From a virus: a stretch of 64,000 bases of DNA. The translations under genes were made by a program, and so were the position numbers. The notes below the pieces were generated by a model. It saw only the letters and a list, made by a program, of their open reading frames with translations. It searched no databases and was not told the DNA's origin. This document shows, piece by piece, positions 52,863 through 64,000 of this stretch (its first letter is position 1; every line of letters starts with the position of its first letter). The stretch is taken from the UHGV virus genome UHGV-0213541; one strand, written 5' to 3'.

Positions 52863-52958
52863 CATAACAACGTTCACAACACACATTTCAAGGCGTGAAC
52901 GGCGCTTTAAACCTTTTCCACAACACATAATTCAAGTTAATACAAAGGAGTGGTTCCT

Positions 52959-53093
52959 ATCTTCCACTTAAAACACATCGGCGGCGAAAGCGGCCACTAC
53001 GAAATCTACTACGGCAATACTTTCCTCTGCTCTGCCGACACCCTCGGCGAAGCGTGGAATGAGCTGCTCTCCATCCGTGACGAATTGGTTTAG
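52959..53093 (+). CDS. Small protein (44 aa) with probable non-AUG start
   Basis: AAAGGAG then ATC TTC CAC...GHYEIYYGNTFLCSADTLGEA. Confidence 0.5.
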   Translation: MFHLKHIGGESGHYEIYYGNTFLCSADTLGEAWNELLSIRDELV

Positions 53094-53107
53094 TCAGTCA
53101 TAACCGC

Positions 53108-53262
53108 TCCGGGATATTGCCGGGCGTTCTGGTTTCTTCCTTTCTTGCCGGTTCGTCCGACCACCGGGCATGGTTTGTGGTGATTCCATGTCCATCTGGT
53201 CATTATCTTCCTTTCTCCGGCGCTCTGGGTCATCCGCTCAGAGCGTCCGGCAATGTCCCGGA
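53108..53262 (+). ncRNA. Candidate structured RNA with two anti-SD tracts
   Basis: 24-bp closing stem whose three non-Watson-Crick pairs are all G-U; internal hairpins; TCTTCCTTTCT twice. Confidence 0.5.
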
Positions 53263-53287
53263 ACCCATTTGAAATGAGGTACATACC

Positions 53288-53951
53288 ATGAAAACCTATT
53301 CCGAATCCGATATCAAAGCAGCCATCACCGATCTTCTCTCCGAAAATGAAACACAGTACGGTTCCCGCACAGACACCTACGGTATTGGCTTTTACAACGG
53401 CTCGACCGAATCTCTCTATGATGTCCTTGACCGCCTCAATATCAAGGAAGACCATGAATACTTCAACGATTGATTGAAAGGAGACCCTAAGGAGGACTGA
53501 CAATGAAAACGATGACTTACACCCTCGCCTTTATTGACGGCAAGGTTTGCTATGAGTGTTTGCCCGATACGAAGGGCGCTTTCCTTTTCCATGGCGGCTG
53601 GTTCTACCCCTTCTGTTCTGAGGACGAATTCTTTCAGAACAACACGAAAGGAGTCTCCGCATGAAGCAGTTTGAACTCGGCACGCTCGTAACCACACGGG
53701 GTGTGCATGACGAAATGACACGGGACAGCCAGTTTGCAGAGTTCGTTCTCACCTGCATTGCCCGCCACAAAACCTGTGATTGGGGCGACCTTTGCGACAG
53801 TGATAAGCGTCAGAATGATGAAGCTGTCCGCACCGGTGATGACCGTATCTTTTCCGCTTACGAACCGGCCGACCACCCCGGCTGGCACATCTGGATCATC
53901 ACAGAATGGGATCGCTCCGCGACGACTGTTCTCTTCCCCGACGAATACTGA
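53288..53951 (+). CDS. Three small genes (53288-53473, 53503-53664, 53661-53951); the last belongs to a widespread mobile-element family (RH...DWGDL...WIITEWDRSATTVLFPDEY)
   Basis: SDs and ATGA overlap; recognisable motif. Confidence 0.65.
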
Positions 53952-53980
53952 CATTCAATCAAGAAAGGAAATGATTTAAA

Positions 53981-55273
53981 ATGACTACTGCTCTTACACT
54001 CGCCACTCAGAAACCCTTCGGCAGCCTGACCTGCGACTTTTACAAGAACGATTCTAATGAGTTCTATATGACCCGTGAACAGGTTGGCCAGGCATTGGAA
54101 TACAAAGAACCCGCAAAGTCAATCGCAAAGATTCATGAAAGAAATCCTGATCGCTTGAATCCTTTGTCAGGGGTCGTCAGTTTGACGACCCCCGGGGGAC
54201 AACAGAACATCTTTGTCTACAATTTGCGCGGTACAATGGAAATCTGCCGTCTCAGCCGCCAGCCAAAGGCCGACAAGTTCATGGACTTCGTCTGGGATGT
54301 CATGGAGTCTCTGTACGCCGGACGCAATGTCCTTGCCACGCCTGATCAGCAGACCGCCATCGCCCCACAGACCATGCAGTTCATGATGGATTCCTTTTTG
54401 AAATCGCAGACCACCATGGCCCAGTATATCAACAGCACATCCTCCAACATGACAAAGCTGACCGAGACGATCTCTGCTCTTGCCAACCACGTTCTCACAA
54501 TGCAGACCCAGCCCGTCGCCGTCTCCGCCCCGGTGGAACTCAAAACGAATCCCACTGCACAGGCTGATATGATTCCTGAAACCACCCGTAAGCCCGCCTC
54601 TACTCCCCAGCCCAAACCCGTTAAGCACCACGGCGTCACCAGTACATGGCGGCGCAATGTCTATGACACGGTCGATAAGATCAGAACGAATCAGCCCGAC
54701 AAATACCAGAAGAACACCACCGTCCTCAACGCTATCTATGAAAAGATGCGCACGGACTACGGCTTTGTCATCGATCAGGAAAAGCGCGAATACATCCGCC
54801 GCCATCCCCGCCAGACCAGCCCGGCTGTCATCACCATCATTGAGGACAACACCACCTGGCGTGAAATCTTCGACAGTATCCTCAACGATATCTACAACAG
54901 CTCCATCGTGAACTGTGTCCGCAAGAACGATACCGCAAATGAGCCGGGCGTTGTTGTCAAGAATGGCCTTGTCGAGTTCAAAGCTCCGCATCCTCAGCAG
55001 GATTCCATCACCGACAACAGCGCTGCCATCCTGGATGCTGTCAACCGTCTGGCTGAGGCCAAGGGCGATAAGTCTCCCAAACACGCCGTCGTCTACCGCA
55101 TGATTTTCTCCCGCATGTCCTTTGACTGGAATAATGCCAAGGAAAAATACCGCGCAAAGTTTGGTGTCTACCCAATCAACAAGACCGAAATGGTTCGCCG
55201 GTCTGATATGATCTGCGCCAAGTTCGTAGACACCGCAGATACCCTTATTCAGAGAATGGAGAATGAGAAATGA
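53981..55273 (+). CDS. Bro-N domain antirepressor-like DNA-binding protein
   Basis: MTREQVGQALEY...IHERN.DRL...YNLRGTMEICRLSRQPKADKFMDFVW. Confidence 0.8.
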   Translation: MTTALTLATQKPFGSLTCDFYKNDSNEFYMTREQVGQALEYKEPAKSIAKIHERNPDRLNPLSGVVSLTTPGGQQNIFVYNLRGTMEICRLSRQPKADKFMDFVWDVMESLYAGRNVLATPDQQTAIAPQTMQFMMDSFLKSQTTMAQYINSTSSNMTKLTETISALANHVLTMQTQPVAVSAPVELKTNPTAQADMIPETTRKPASTPQPKPVKHHGVTSTWRRNVYDTVDKIRTNQPDKYQKNTTVLNAIYEKMRTDYGFVIDQEKREYIRRHPRQTSPAVITIIEDNTTWREIFDSILNDIYNSSIVNCVRKNDTANEPGVVVKNGLVEFKAPHPQQDSITDNSAAILDAVNRLAEAKGDKSPKHAVVYRMIFSRMSFDWNNAKEKYRAKFGVYPINKTEMVRRSDMICAKFVDTADTLIQRMENEK

Positions 55274-58157
55274 AAACCAAAACGGAAACGATTTTAAAAT
55301 ATCTGCCGCAGTATGACGAAATCATGCAGGAGACAAACGCTCCGTCGAATCAGGCCACCACCTACACAACCTACTGCGTCGGCTGGCTTTCCGGTGCCAA
55401 GGCCGCGATTGATGCCATCCTGGATGATTCGAGTATCGGTCTTATGGTCTATAACGCCATTCAGGAACAGCTCCGAGCCGAGGATGTCAAAGAACATCTT
55501 GTTAGCTTCTATTCCTATGAACTCTGTCTGAAAGAGGAAGAGGTTGAGAAAAAGCTGGAAACAGCTGCTCAGGATGGAACCATCGATGCCATTACATGCG
55601 ATTTCCTCGATCACTATAACGCTGATATTCCTGAGTATGACCAGATCGATACCGCTATCGAAAACTACTACGCTGGCAAAGAGGTGTGACCTATGTCTAC
55701 ATTAACATTGAGAGAAACCCGCATTGTTGAAACCGACTTCGATGGAATTTATGTCACAGACGGCAAAGAGCTTTATTTCATGACCGCAGAACAGGACGAT
55801 ATGCCTCTCAATCCCCGCGAGGATTGCAACTACTGCACCATCTGCTATGTCCACAACCGCTACCTCGGCAGCTCCAAGTATGATAACGATATGGATTTTG
55901 CCGATAGCGACGACCTCGATGATTACCTTGCCGGACTTAAAGACCGCGGAACTGAATTTGTTTCCGTTCCGCTTTACGCCTATGTTCACAGCGGCATTAC
56001 GATTAGCACCGGTTCTTTTGGTGATCCATGGGACAGCGGCTGCTTCGGCGTCGCCATCTGCACTAAAGAACAGGTCGTTGAGGCATTTGGCAATGACACT
56101 GATTGGCAGCAGCACGCCGAGGATATCATCGAAGGCGAAATTGAAACCTACGACAAGTTCCTCACCGGCGAGACTTATATCTACTCTAGCTACTTATACG
56201 ATAAAGCCACCAAAGAGTGGACGCTGGATGATACCTGCGGCGGCTTCTACTCCAATGACGAGGATGAAATGTTCTCGTCTTATTTCGGCAATAACTATCG
56301 CATCATCGACGAAAGCGAGGCTGAACAATATTTATGAGCGACGATTACAAAGTGAACGGCAAAGAATACAGCCTGATGTCCCCTGCCAACAACCGTATCC
56401 TGAACAAACTTGTCGATAACGAGGTTTACTGCAATATGACGCAGGAAATCGAATTCATTATCGCCGCTCTGATCGATGGCGCAGACAACAGCCTTGCTCC
56501 CTTTGATGTGGATGACTACGATGCTGCCATCGAGAACGGTATGGAACATGTCTGTGAGGACTGCGGTGCCTGCGATGATTTTGAGGACTATGACCCCCTG
56601 ACCGCCGATGAAACCGATTTCCATGGCGTTGACTGGGATCCAGAGGAGCCTGTGTATACCTGCCCTGTCTGCGGTCTCGATCACAAAACCCTGCAGGAAG
56701 CCCGTGAATGCTGCAGCTACGAGGATTGCAAACGCTGTAACAACTGCGGCCGTATCTACGGCGAATATGATTTCGGGGAGGCGGACAAAGCACAGCCGGA
56801 AATCTATGAATGGTATGCCGTCTCCGACTGGCTTGGTAAAAAACTCGGCCAGTACGGCGAGGTCGTGATCGATGCCTACGGCAAGCGCTATTGGGGTCGC
56901 CAAGGCACAGGCCAGAGCATCATCCTAGACAGCGTCATCGAACAGATCGCCTATGATCTCGAAATCCTCGAAGGTCAGCCGAACAGCTGGGAAGGACGAA
57001 TCGCATGAAATTCCTTGTCGTACACACCTATCTTGAAGAGGGTTATAATCCCAAAGTCGTAGAAACTCGTTGCCTTGGGAGTTACAAACAGGCAGAACTT
57101 GCTGTAAGGAAAATGGTAAACGATGAAAAAGAAACGCAGCTTTATGATCAACACAGGGAAACTTTCGCAAGTGAGGATGAAAGCGACTTTTATCTTACGC
57201 CGATTGGTAACGAATATTGTTACTACGATTGGTGGCACATCCACTTTATCGAGGAGTAAATGGCTATGAATAATGACATCTGGTATGTCCTTGTCCAGCA
57301 TTGGGACGAAGATTGCTGCGATTACAGTGAAGTTGATTTTTTTACATCCGCAAAAGTTGCCGTTGATTATGCTACGAAGCTTTCTAATGAATTCCGTTCC
57401 AGCTATGAAGCAGACCGCTATGAAATTAAAGAAACATCTGGTGGTGGTTGTGGCTGGCGTTTGGAAACCTATACAGAGATCAAGGCCACTTATCCTAACA
57501 GTGAGGATTGTGTCGCTTGTGAGTTATACAAAATTGGGAAAGTAGAATTGACCCGGGAAGGAGAATGAACTATGACAAGACAAGATTTGGAAAATCTGCG
57601 CAACAAGCACAAATTGGAGGCTTATGATGACTGTTCGTTCAGTGACTACAACTATGAAATGGGTTATGTCGGCGTTCTCAACCATATACTGGAGCATTTC
57701 GATGAGCTTTATCTTGGCCAACGCCGTCAAAGTCTCGTCGAGGATGCAGAAGACCACATCTATTCTTACTTTGAAAGCCGTTATGACGGTGATGACAGCG
57801 ATGAACTCCCGGAAACGCTTGAAGAACGCTATCAACGTGCCCTGGATGCAGGCGACGCGGAAAGGCTGGCTGAAATTTTCCAGAACAAGTACGATTGCAA
57901 TATTTCCGAAGATTTCCAATGGGATACGATTGTGGAGGATTTCTATGACTTCTATGATGAATGAAATCAAAATCGTATCAGCGTCGGAACTGTCAAACAT
58001 CATTGATAAACAGCACGACAGCATCGGCCTTTACCTGTCGCTGGAATCTAATGGAACCGATATCGTCCTCGTTGCCTGCGACAACAGCACCGGCAACGCC
58101 TGGGTGGAAGAGTTCTACAGCACAAAAGACGCCGTGAGATGGCTGGAAAGAGCGTAA
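55270..58157 (+). CDS. Seven acidic hypothetical genes (55270-55689, 55693-56337, 56334-57008 with Zn fingers, 57005-57259, 57260-57568, 57572-57964, 57954-58157)
   Basis: Translationally coupled ORFs with SDs. Confidence 0.6.
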
Positions 58158-58186
58158 AAGAATCATTTTAAGAAAGGACAACAACG

Positions 58187-59254
58187 ATGGAATTACAAGC
58201 ACCTGTTTATGGATATAAAATTTTCAACCCTGACTGGACCTGCTGCGATAAGCAGTACACTTGCCCCGGCGAGTTCAAAGAAGATGTCGAGCCTATGCTT
58301 TGCAGCGCCGGTATGGACTTCTGTCCTGACCTGAAGGATTGCTTTGAATATTATCCGAACGATTCGAACAACCACTGTGCTGAAGTCGTCGCCCTTGATG
58401 AAATTGTGCAGGATGGCGACAAATGTGTAACCAATCACCTTCAGATTATCCGTGAAATTCCTTGGAATGAAGTTCTGAAACGTGTCAATCAGGGAAATGG
58501 TTGTACGGGTATCTGTAACACCGGTAACCGTAACACAGGTGACTGGAACACTGGTAACCGCAACACCGGCAACTTCAACACTGGCGACCGCAACACCGGC
58601 GACCGCAACACTGGTATCTACAACACAGGTGACTGGAACACTGGCGACCGCAACACCGGAGACTGTAACACTGGTATCTACAATACCGGTAACCATAACA
58701 CCGGTAACCGTAACACAGGTGACTGGAACACTGGCAACCGCAACACCGGCAACTTCAACACTGGCGACTGCAACATCGGTAACCGCAACATTGGTATCTA
58801 CAACATAGGTGACTGGAACACTGGTAATAGCAACACTGGAGACTTCAACACCGGCAACCGCAACACAGGCGACTGTAACACTGGCGACTGGAACATGGTT
58901 TCTTTTTCCAGCGGTGTGTTCTGCACGGAAGAACCAGATGCCTTAATTTTCAATAAACCTTCCGGCATGACCCTCAGACAATGGCGCGATAGTGAAGCTT
59001 GCCATTTGCTGAATCAGATTCAATTCATACCGCATGTTTGGGTATGGGATGATGACATGACCGATGAAGAGAAGAAAGCTCATCCTGAATATAAGACCAC
59101 GGGTGGTTTCTTAAAAGTTCTGGATATTTCTGACTGCTGTATCCGTTGGTGGGAAAACCTTGATGAATCTGACCGGGATGTCATCCGTTCTATTCCAAAT
59201 TTTGATGCAGCCATTTTCAAACAGATTACAGGTATCGATGCAGCAAAAGAGTGA
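58187..59254 (+). CDS. Phage pentapeptide (NTGxx) repeat protein
   Basis: About 25 NTGxx units between conserved N-terminal (GYKIFNPDWTC) and C-terminal (IPNFDA.IFKQITGID) domains. Confidence 0.85.
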   Translation: MELQAPVYGYKIFNPDWTCCDKQYTCPGEFKEDVEPMLCSAGMDFCPDLKDCFEYYPNDSNNHCAEVVALDEIVQDGDKCVTNHLQIIREIPWNEVLKRVNQGNGCTGICNTGNRNTGDWNTGNRNTGNFNTGDRNTGDRNTGIYNTGDWNTGDRNTGDCNTGIYNTGNHNTGNRNTGDWNTGNRNTGNFNTGDCNIGNRNIGIYNIGDWNTGNSNTGDFNTGNRNTGDCNTGDWNMVSFSSGVFCTEEPDALIFNKPSGMTLRQWRDSEACHLLNQIQFIPHVWVWDDDMTDEEKKAHPEYKTTGGFLKVLDISDCCIRWWENLDESDRDVIRSIPNFDAAIFKQITGIDAAKE

Positions 59255-59274
59255 TTTTATGAAGGGTTCGGCTT

Positions 59275-61046
59275 ATGAATTGGTATAACGTATCTGGCGT
59301 AATGAAGGATGGATCACGAAATTACTCCGAGAAAGTAATTGTTGCAGCTGACACTCCTTCTGAAGCAATCGAAAAAGCCAATAAGATTCTCTGCCACTGT
59401 ATCGATAATGTGTACCGGATTAGAGAAGTTTCACTACTTGACACAAACTATGGTTATGTCATTTACCGTAACAGAATTATTCCCATTAGATAAAAAGAGT
59501 AATTCGACGAAATAGGAGCGATAACAATGACAAAAGATGATTTGGAGTTTGTACGCGACAATCACGAATTGAACAAGAAGTCTTATGACAATCATGCAAC
59601 CTGCGGCTACAATTACGAAGATGGCTATGTGGATGCACTAAACTTTGTGCTGGAACATCTTGATGATCTCTGTGAGGAAATCCATGAAGACAAACTCATG
59701 CAGCGTGCTACTGAAGAAGCAAAGTATTACATCCGTGAATACTTCCAAGATAAATACGGTTACGATGATAAATGGTCCAAAGATGAAATCGAAGATCGTA
59801 TCCAGCGTGCCATTGATGAGGGCGACGTAGAGACGCTTGCAAACTCTTTCATCGACAGCGCCGATGACGGCATCCCGAATGATGAATGGTGCGAAACTAT
59901 CGTGAGAGATTTTTATGACTAAGAGGTGATTGCTGATGTACAAAATCGAACTTGATGGATTCCAACTTCAAAGAGTAACAATAGCGCTCAACATGGCAAG
60001 GCAATACTTTGTCGATGCCGCTAATGACGAACTCAATCCCGTTCAGTCTGATAAATACATGTTTGTTGCTGGCGAGTATTACGATGTGTTTGATGACATC
60101 GTAAAACAAAAAGCAGTTCAAGACAATAACGATACTACGACGATTACAAATCCATAAAATTTATGTTTTTTCATTGACTGGTGAAATATTGTAAAAGTTT
60201 GACAGGAGCACAAATCATGGAATGGCTTGTTTATATTGACGTCCTTGGCACTGCCAGATGCGGTTACTGTTGTTGTCCACTTTACTGCGATAAAAACGGT
60301 TACAGACCTATAAGGTGCCCACGTTGCGGCGCTGAACTTGATTATAGGCATTTACCAACATTGTACAAAATGGATGAAAATGATACCGGGATGTATCAGA
60401 TTTACTGATTAATGGAAAGGAATCAACTATGGGAATGAGTTATAGATATGCAGGCAGCGCCAGCTATCCGCGCTTTGATGAGGAAGTTTGCGCCGTCGCA
60501 GCTGTCTTTGGCGGTGTCAAAACCGAGGAATTAAAAAAGCGCGAAAAGTCTATGCGTAAAGACACCTTTGACTACTGGTTTGGCTCTTACATTTCCGGTA
60601 ACGAACACGAACAATGCTTTGCATTTCCAGAAGATGCGAACGAAGTCGTTGCCAAGTGGCTCAATAACATTTATGAGCCGCGCACCGCTGCGGAGACAAA
60701 AGAAATCTGGTGCCAGGTTCGTGAGCATCATGAAATCAAGGACATTTCCAGCCAGATTTGGAATGAGCTTAGAGAGTGTTATCTGCGTGATGAAAGCTGG
60801 GAGATTTGCCAGTGATGGAGGTATAATGTGACTTTTCAAACCTTGCAACGAATCCACAAGGCTCTTTCTGATGAGCAGGAACGCGCAAATGAAACATTGC
60901 GATATACAGAAGAAGCAATCGCAAGATGCAATAGGACGGGCATGGTTATCACGTCTGCTTTATTGGACAACCAAAAACGTTCTTCAAACGATTGTGATGA
61001 ACTTTCCCGTGCAATCGAAGATTTTGAATCTTACGACTGGCATTGA
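59275..61046 (+). CDS. Small hypothetical genes (59275-59493, 59527-59922, 59930-60157, Zn-ribbon ORF ending 60408, 60429-60815, 60828-61046)
   Basis: ORFs with SDs; 59527-59922 is paralogous to 57572-57964. Confidence 0.55.
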
Positions 61047-61058
61047 CGGAGGTGCAAC

Positions 61059-61202
61059 ATGACAGACCATTCCTATGAGGACGCAATTCTCGAAGCCCAA
61101 GACGGCATATTTGATAAATGCCACTATTGCGAATTTAAAGGCAGCGCCTGCCACAATCAGTGCATGGAGCTGGAACCTATCTACAATCCGAACTTGAGGT
61201 GA
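61059..61202 (+). CDS. Small four-Cys peptide (paralogue B, not in the ORF track)
   Basis: MTDHSYEDAILEAQ...CHYCEFKGSACHNQCMELEPIYNPNLR; SD GGAGGT. Confidence 0.65.
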   Translation: MTDHSYEDAILEAQDGIFDKCHYCEFKGSACHNQCMELEPIYNPNLR

Positions 61203-61209
61203 AAACAGT

Positions 61210-61640
61210 ATGAGACACCTGTATAATTGCTGTGTTTATAATACCAAACGCAAATTCGCTGATACCTACCTTGTTACGGCGGAAGATAAAAACGATGCGA
61301 TGAAGGAGCTGATTTGCCGACTTGATGATGAAACCGACGACGGCTCCGCTGCGTATGATCTGCTTGAAATGGCAGAAGTCGAATAAAACGGAGGTTTTGC
61401 AAAATGGTCACTCTTAAAAAAACATCTATTGAAGAAACCAAACAGCGTGTGCGGTATCTTGTCGATGGCAGTTTTTTCAAATTTCAAGGCAACATTTACC
61501 AACGCTTATTCTTTGAAGTTGACGCCTCTTACAAGTGTTTTAAAATCCCGGATATGAAAATCGTTGAATTTAATAGAGACGAATTTGTTTGTCCGGTCGA
61601 TGTGCAGATTGTCGTCAAAGGCTACACAAATCAAGGCTGA
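61210..61640 (+). CDS. Two small hypothetical genes (61210-61386, 61404-61640)
   Basis: SDs GAGGTG and GGAGGT. Confidence 0.55.
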
Positions 61641-61705
61641 CAATGAAATACTTTATAGGTTCATCACCGAAATCAGCGTAGAAAAGTAACGGAGGTTCTT
61701 ACTAA

Positions 61706-62335
61706 ATGAAATCAAAATCTATTTTATGCATCCTGCTTACCATCATCCTCGCGCTTTCCCTATGCTCCTGCGCCGAATTTGAAAGCGATTTTAACGACCT
61801 TAACGGAAGTATCACAGGCAACACCTACAATTGCGAGTTTTACTCCAATGACGGTGAAAAGTTCATGACCGTCACTGGTTCCAAAATCGACATGAATTCC
61901 AATGTGGTTAGAGAATATACGTACAACGAAACATCCGGATGGGGTTACACGAAAACGCTGTCCTCTGTTGTCACAATCACAGTTGACGGTTATCAAATCA
62001 GCAATTGCGGCTCCACCGTCATCTTCTCAGAAGAAGGTCTCGCCCCTGATGTTGATTTCCAGATGCAGGATATTCACAGCGAAACCGATGGCAGTCTCGG
62101 CGATAACACCATCATCGCGAACGTTGTGAACCAGTATAAAAATTCCTTTGGCAAGCCTGTTGTCGTTGTCATTCAGTCTCAGCTCGGTGATCCCATCTGC
62201 GCTTACAGCGGCGATGAAGTCTACTGGACGGTCTGTGAAGACCTTCCCAAAACAACCAAACTCATGATTGACGGTCGTGCGCTCTATATCCACCGTGCCA
62301 ACTTTCAAATCATCGATAAGGACTTACTTAACTAA
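61706..62335 (+). CDS. Lipoprotein, DUF5052-like
   Basis: Signal peptide with lipobox LCSC; VVVIQSQLG.PI.AYSG..VYW...LPKTTKLMIDGRALYIHRANFQIID. Confidence 0.75.
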   Translation: MKSKSILCILLTIILALSLCSCAEFESDFNDLNGSITGNTYNCEFYSNDGEKFMTVTGSKIDMNSNVVREYTYNETSGWGYTKTLSSVVTITVDGYQISNCGSTVIFSEEGLAPDVDFQMQDIHSETDGSLGDNTIIANVVNQYKNSFGKPVVVVIQSQLGDPICAYSGDEVYWTVCEDLPKTTKLMIDGRALYIHRANFQIIDKDLLN

Positions 62336-62350
62336 TCAGGAGATTAGTAT

Positions 62351-63222
62351 ATGACAAACAGTGACAAGCTCGAATTTATCGGCCAGATCATTGACATCTT
62401 TGAGGATTTTCTCGACGAAAAGGGTGTCAAGATCGACAATCCCGACAGCGACAGGGATGCCATCGGGGGTGCATCCTGCGACAATGTGAATATCTACGGC
62501 TGCGATTACGGCTACCTTTCCGACCGCATCGAATCGACCATGACCAACTGGGGCTTTTTCAAGGAGGAATCGTAATGGATGATATGTTTTTATTAAAATC
62601 ATCGCGTCACCCGGAAGGCTTTATGAATGAAGCCGACCCCGCACTGGACGGCTTTACGATCCGGCAGGTAATCGACGCCTTACATAATGAACCCGGCACG
62701 CTGACTACTCAAAAACTCCATAGTGTTGTGCAGGATGTTCTTAATTCCCAACTGCAGGATCTTTGGGCCATCATCGATGAAAACGATGAAGAAATCATCG
62801 CCGCTGCATACAAAGGTAGGTCGGATGACCCGTATAAAGCACCGAGTTTTGATATGGATTGGGCAAACCGCGCCGAAGCACTCGCCCATGACATTTATAC
62901 ATGGTGCATCGAGAATGATTGCTGGCAGGATGTCTGTATCTATTATAACGGCAAGCGGATGAGTACGAGGAGTATGGATAAAACCGGCAAAATCGTGTAT
63001 CGCTACGGCGGCACTCCCCTCATCGAAGGCGATATGGATCCGCGTGACTACTTTGAATATGTCCGTGAGCCAAATATCTTGAGCATGAGTTTCGAGGGCA
63101 CTCTGTATGACATCCTTAACAATCATGACATGTTTGCCTTTCAAGATTTGTTCAGCAAATATGGCCTCTATTACGAGCTTGGTAATGCGTGGAATCTGAG
63201 CGCATATCCAATCAATGAATAA
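62351..63222 (+). CDS. Two hypothetical genes (62351-62575, 62575-63222)
   Basis: SDs; TAATG overlap. Confidence 0.6.
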
Positions 63223-63313
63223 CCTATCTGCTGTAATACCAGCCGCCAAGGGTGAGATATAAAAACTGAATATTGTATCCGCTCTTGTGCTCTGCCAAGA
63301 AAGGATACATAAC

Positions 63314-63946
63314 ATGAAAAACGATTGTGTCATAGAACAAATTTTTATCTCTCACCCGCAAGGCAAAATGAACGGCATTCCGACCATCACAACCAGTATG
63401 CTCTGCAACCCCATTTGTGAACAGCGTGCCAAGGATGAAACCAGCGTATGCGCACACTGTTATGCCAAGCGTGGTCTGGCCATCTATCCCGCCGCACGAA
63501 ATCGCTATGCAGAAAACACCAAGATCCTTTCCAGTCATGACCTTGAAGTTTACGAACTTCCTGTTTTAAATAGCCGCATTGCCCGGTTTGAAAGCCACGG
63601 CGACCTTGTCAATGTGACCCACGCTAAGAACTATATCCGCATCGCCAGAGCGAATCCGTGGTGTACGATTGCTCTCTGGACAAAGAACGCTGCATTCATG
63701 GATAAGGCCATTCAGGAGCTTGGCAAGCCGGACAATCTGATTTGCGTATACAGTTCCGACCACCTCAATCAGGTCTCGCAGGATTTCTCCAACTACAGTT
63801 GGATCGATAAGGTGTTCACCGTTTACGATAAGGCGTACAGCAAGCAGCACAATGTCGAAATCAACTGCGGTGCCCGCAACTGCTTGACATGTCATAAATG
63901 CTACGAACACAACGATATCTTTTTCGTAAACGAAACACTTAAATAA
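63314..63946 (+). CDS. Gp88-like Cys-cluster phage protein (possible radical-SAM-like fold)
   Basis: GKM..IP...C...C...C..CYA..G...RFESHGD...WTK...C...C..C..CY. Confidence 0.6.
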   Translation: MKNDCVIEQIFISHPQGKMNGIPTITTSMLCNPICEQRAKDETSVCAHCYAKRGLAIYPAARNRYAENTKILSSHDLEVYELPVLNSRIARFESHGDLVNVTHAKNYIRIARANPWCTIALWTKNAAFMDKAIQELGKPDNLICVYSSDHLNQVSQDFSNYSWIDKVFTVYDKAYSKQHNVEINCGARNCLTCHKCYEHNDIFFVNETLK

Positions 63947-64000
63947 GGAGGCTCTACACCATGTCAAAGAATTACGACCAATATGAAGTCAAGATCACCC

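Noticed and set aside
58516..58895. 15-bp-period AAC-rich repeats with a 180-bp higher-order duplication; CRISPR array or DGR template?
   Set aside because: The units are in-frame NTGxx codons with no unique spacers; there is no reverse transcriptase or adenine-specific variant copy in the window.
46883..63333. Long - strand ORFs opposite the early arm (e.g. 48235-49113, 50955-51833, 54167-55084)
   Set aside because: Antisense shadows of + strand genes.
1..64000. tRNA or rRNA genes
   Set aside because: No cloverleaf with T-loop consensus or rRNA-like sequence was recognised by eye; a tRNAscan run would be needed to exclude them.

Overview
A 64-kb section of a large tailed phage (SPbeta-like architecture: YonO-type RNA polymerase, terminase, portal, capsid, tape measure). 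The host is probably a Bacillota bacterium, inferred only from Shine-Dalgarno usage and gene families. The genes form two divergent arms. From about 45.4 kb leftwards on the - strand lie a tyrosine recombinase, many small genes (Thg1, HNH, DUF551, HicB-like, Cys-rich paralogues), an HTH protein, the RNA polymerase and the virion morphogenesis operon ending in the tape measure gene. From about 47 kb rightwards on the + strand lie many small putative early genes (Bro-N, pentapeptide-repeat, lipoprotein, Gp88-like). Reading the raw sequence reveals five group I introns that the ORF track misses. (i) Three ORF-less introns split the YonO-like polymerase: one sits inside the catalytic ADYDGD motif and two flank an 8-nt micro-exon. 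(ii) One LAGLIDADG-carrying intron sits in the terminase Walker A motif. (iii) One very large intron (probably >3.5 kb, 3' end not seen in the window) interrupts the tape measure gene. Its ribozyme core is intact but is stretched apart by non-homing cargo genes, including a DUF5678-like/retropepsin pair enclosed by a 31-bp RNA stem. Also noted are a 20-bp motif in four copies around the recombinase and an early promoter, and a structured RNA with two anti-Shine-Dalgarno tracts. Product names come from motif recognition and synteny; no database search was run.
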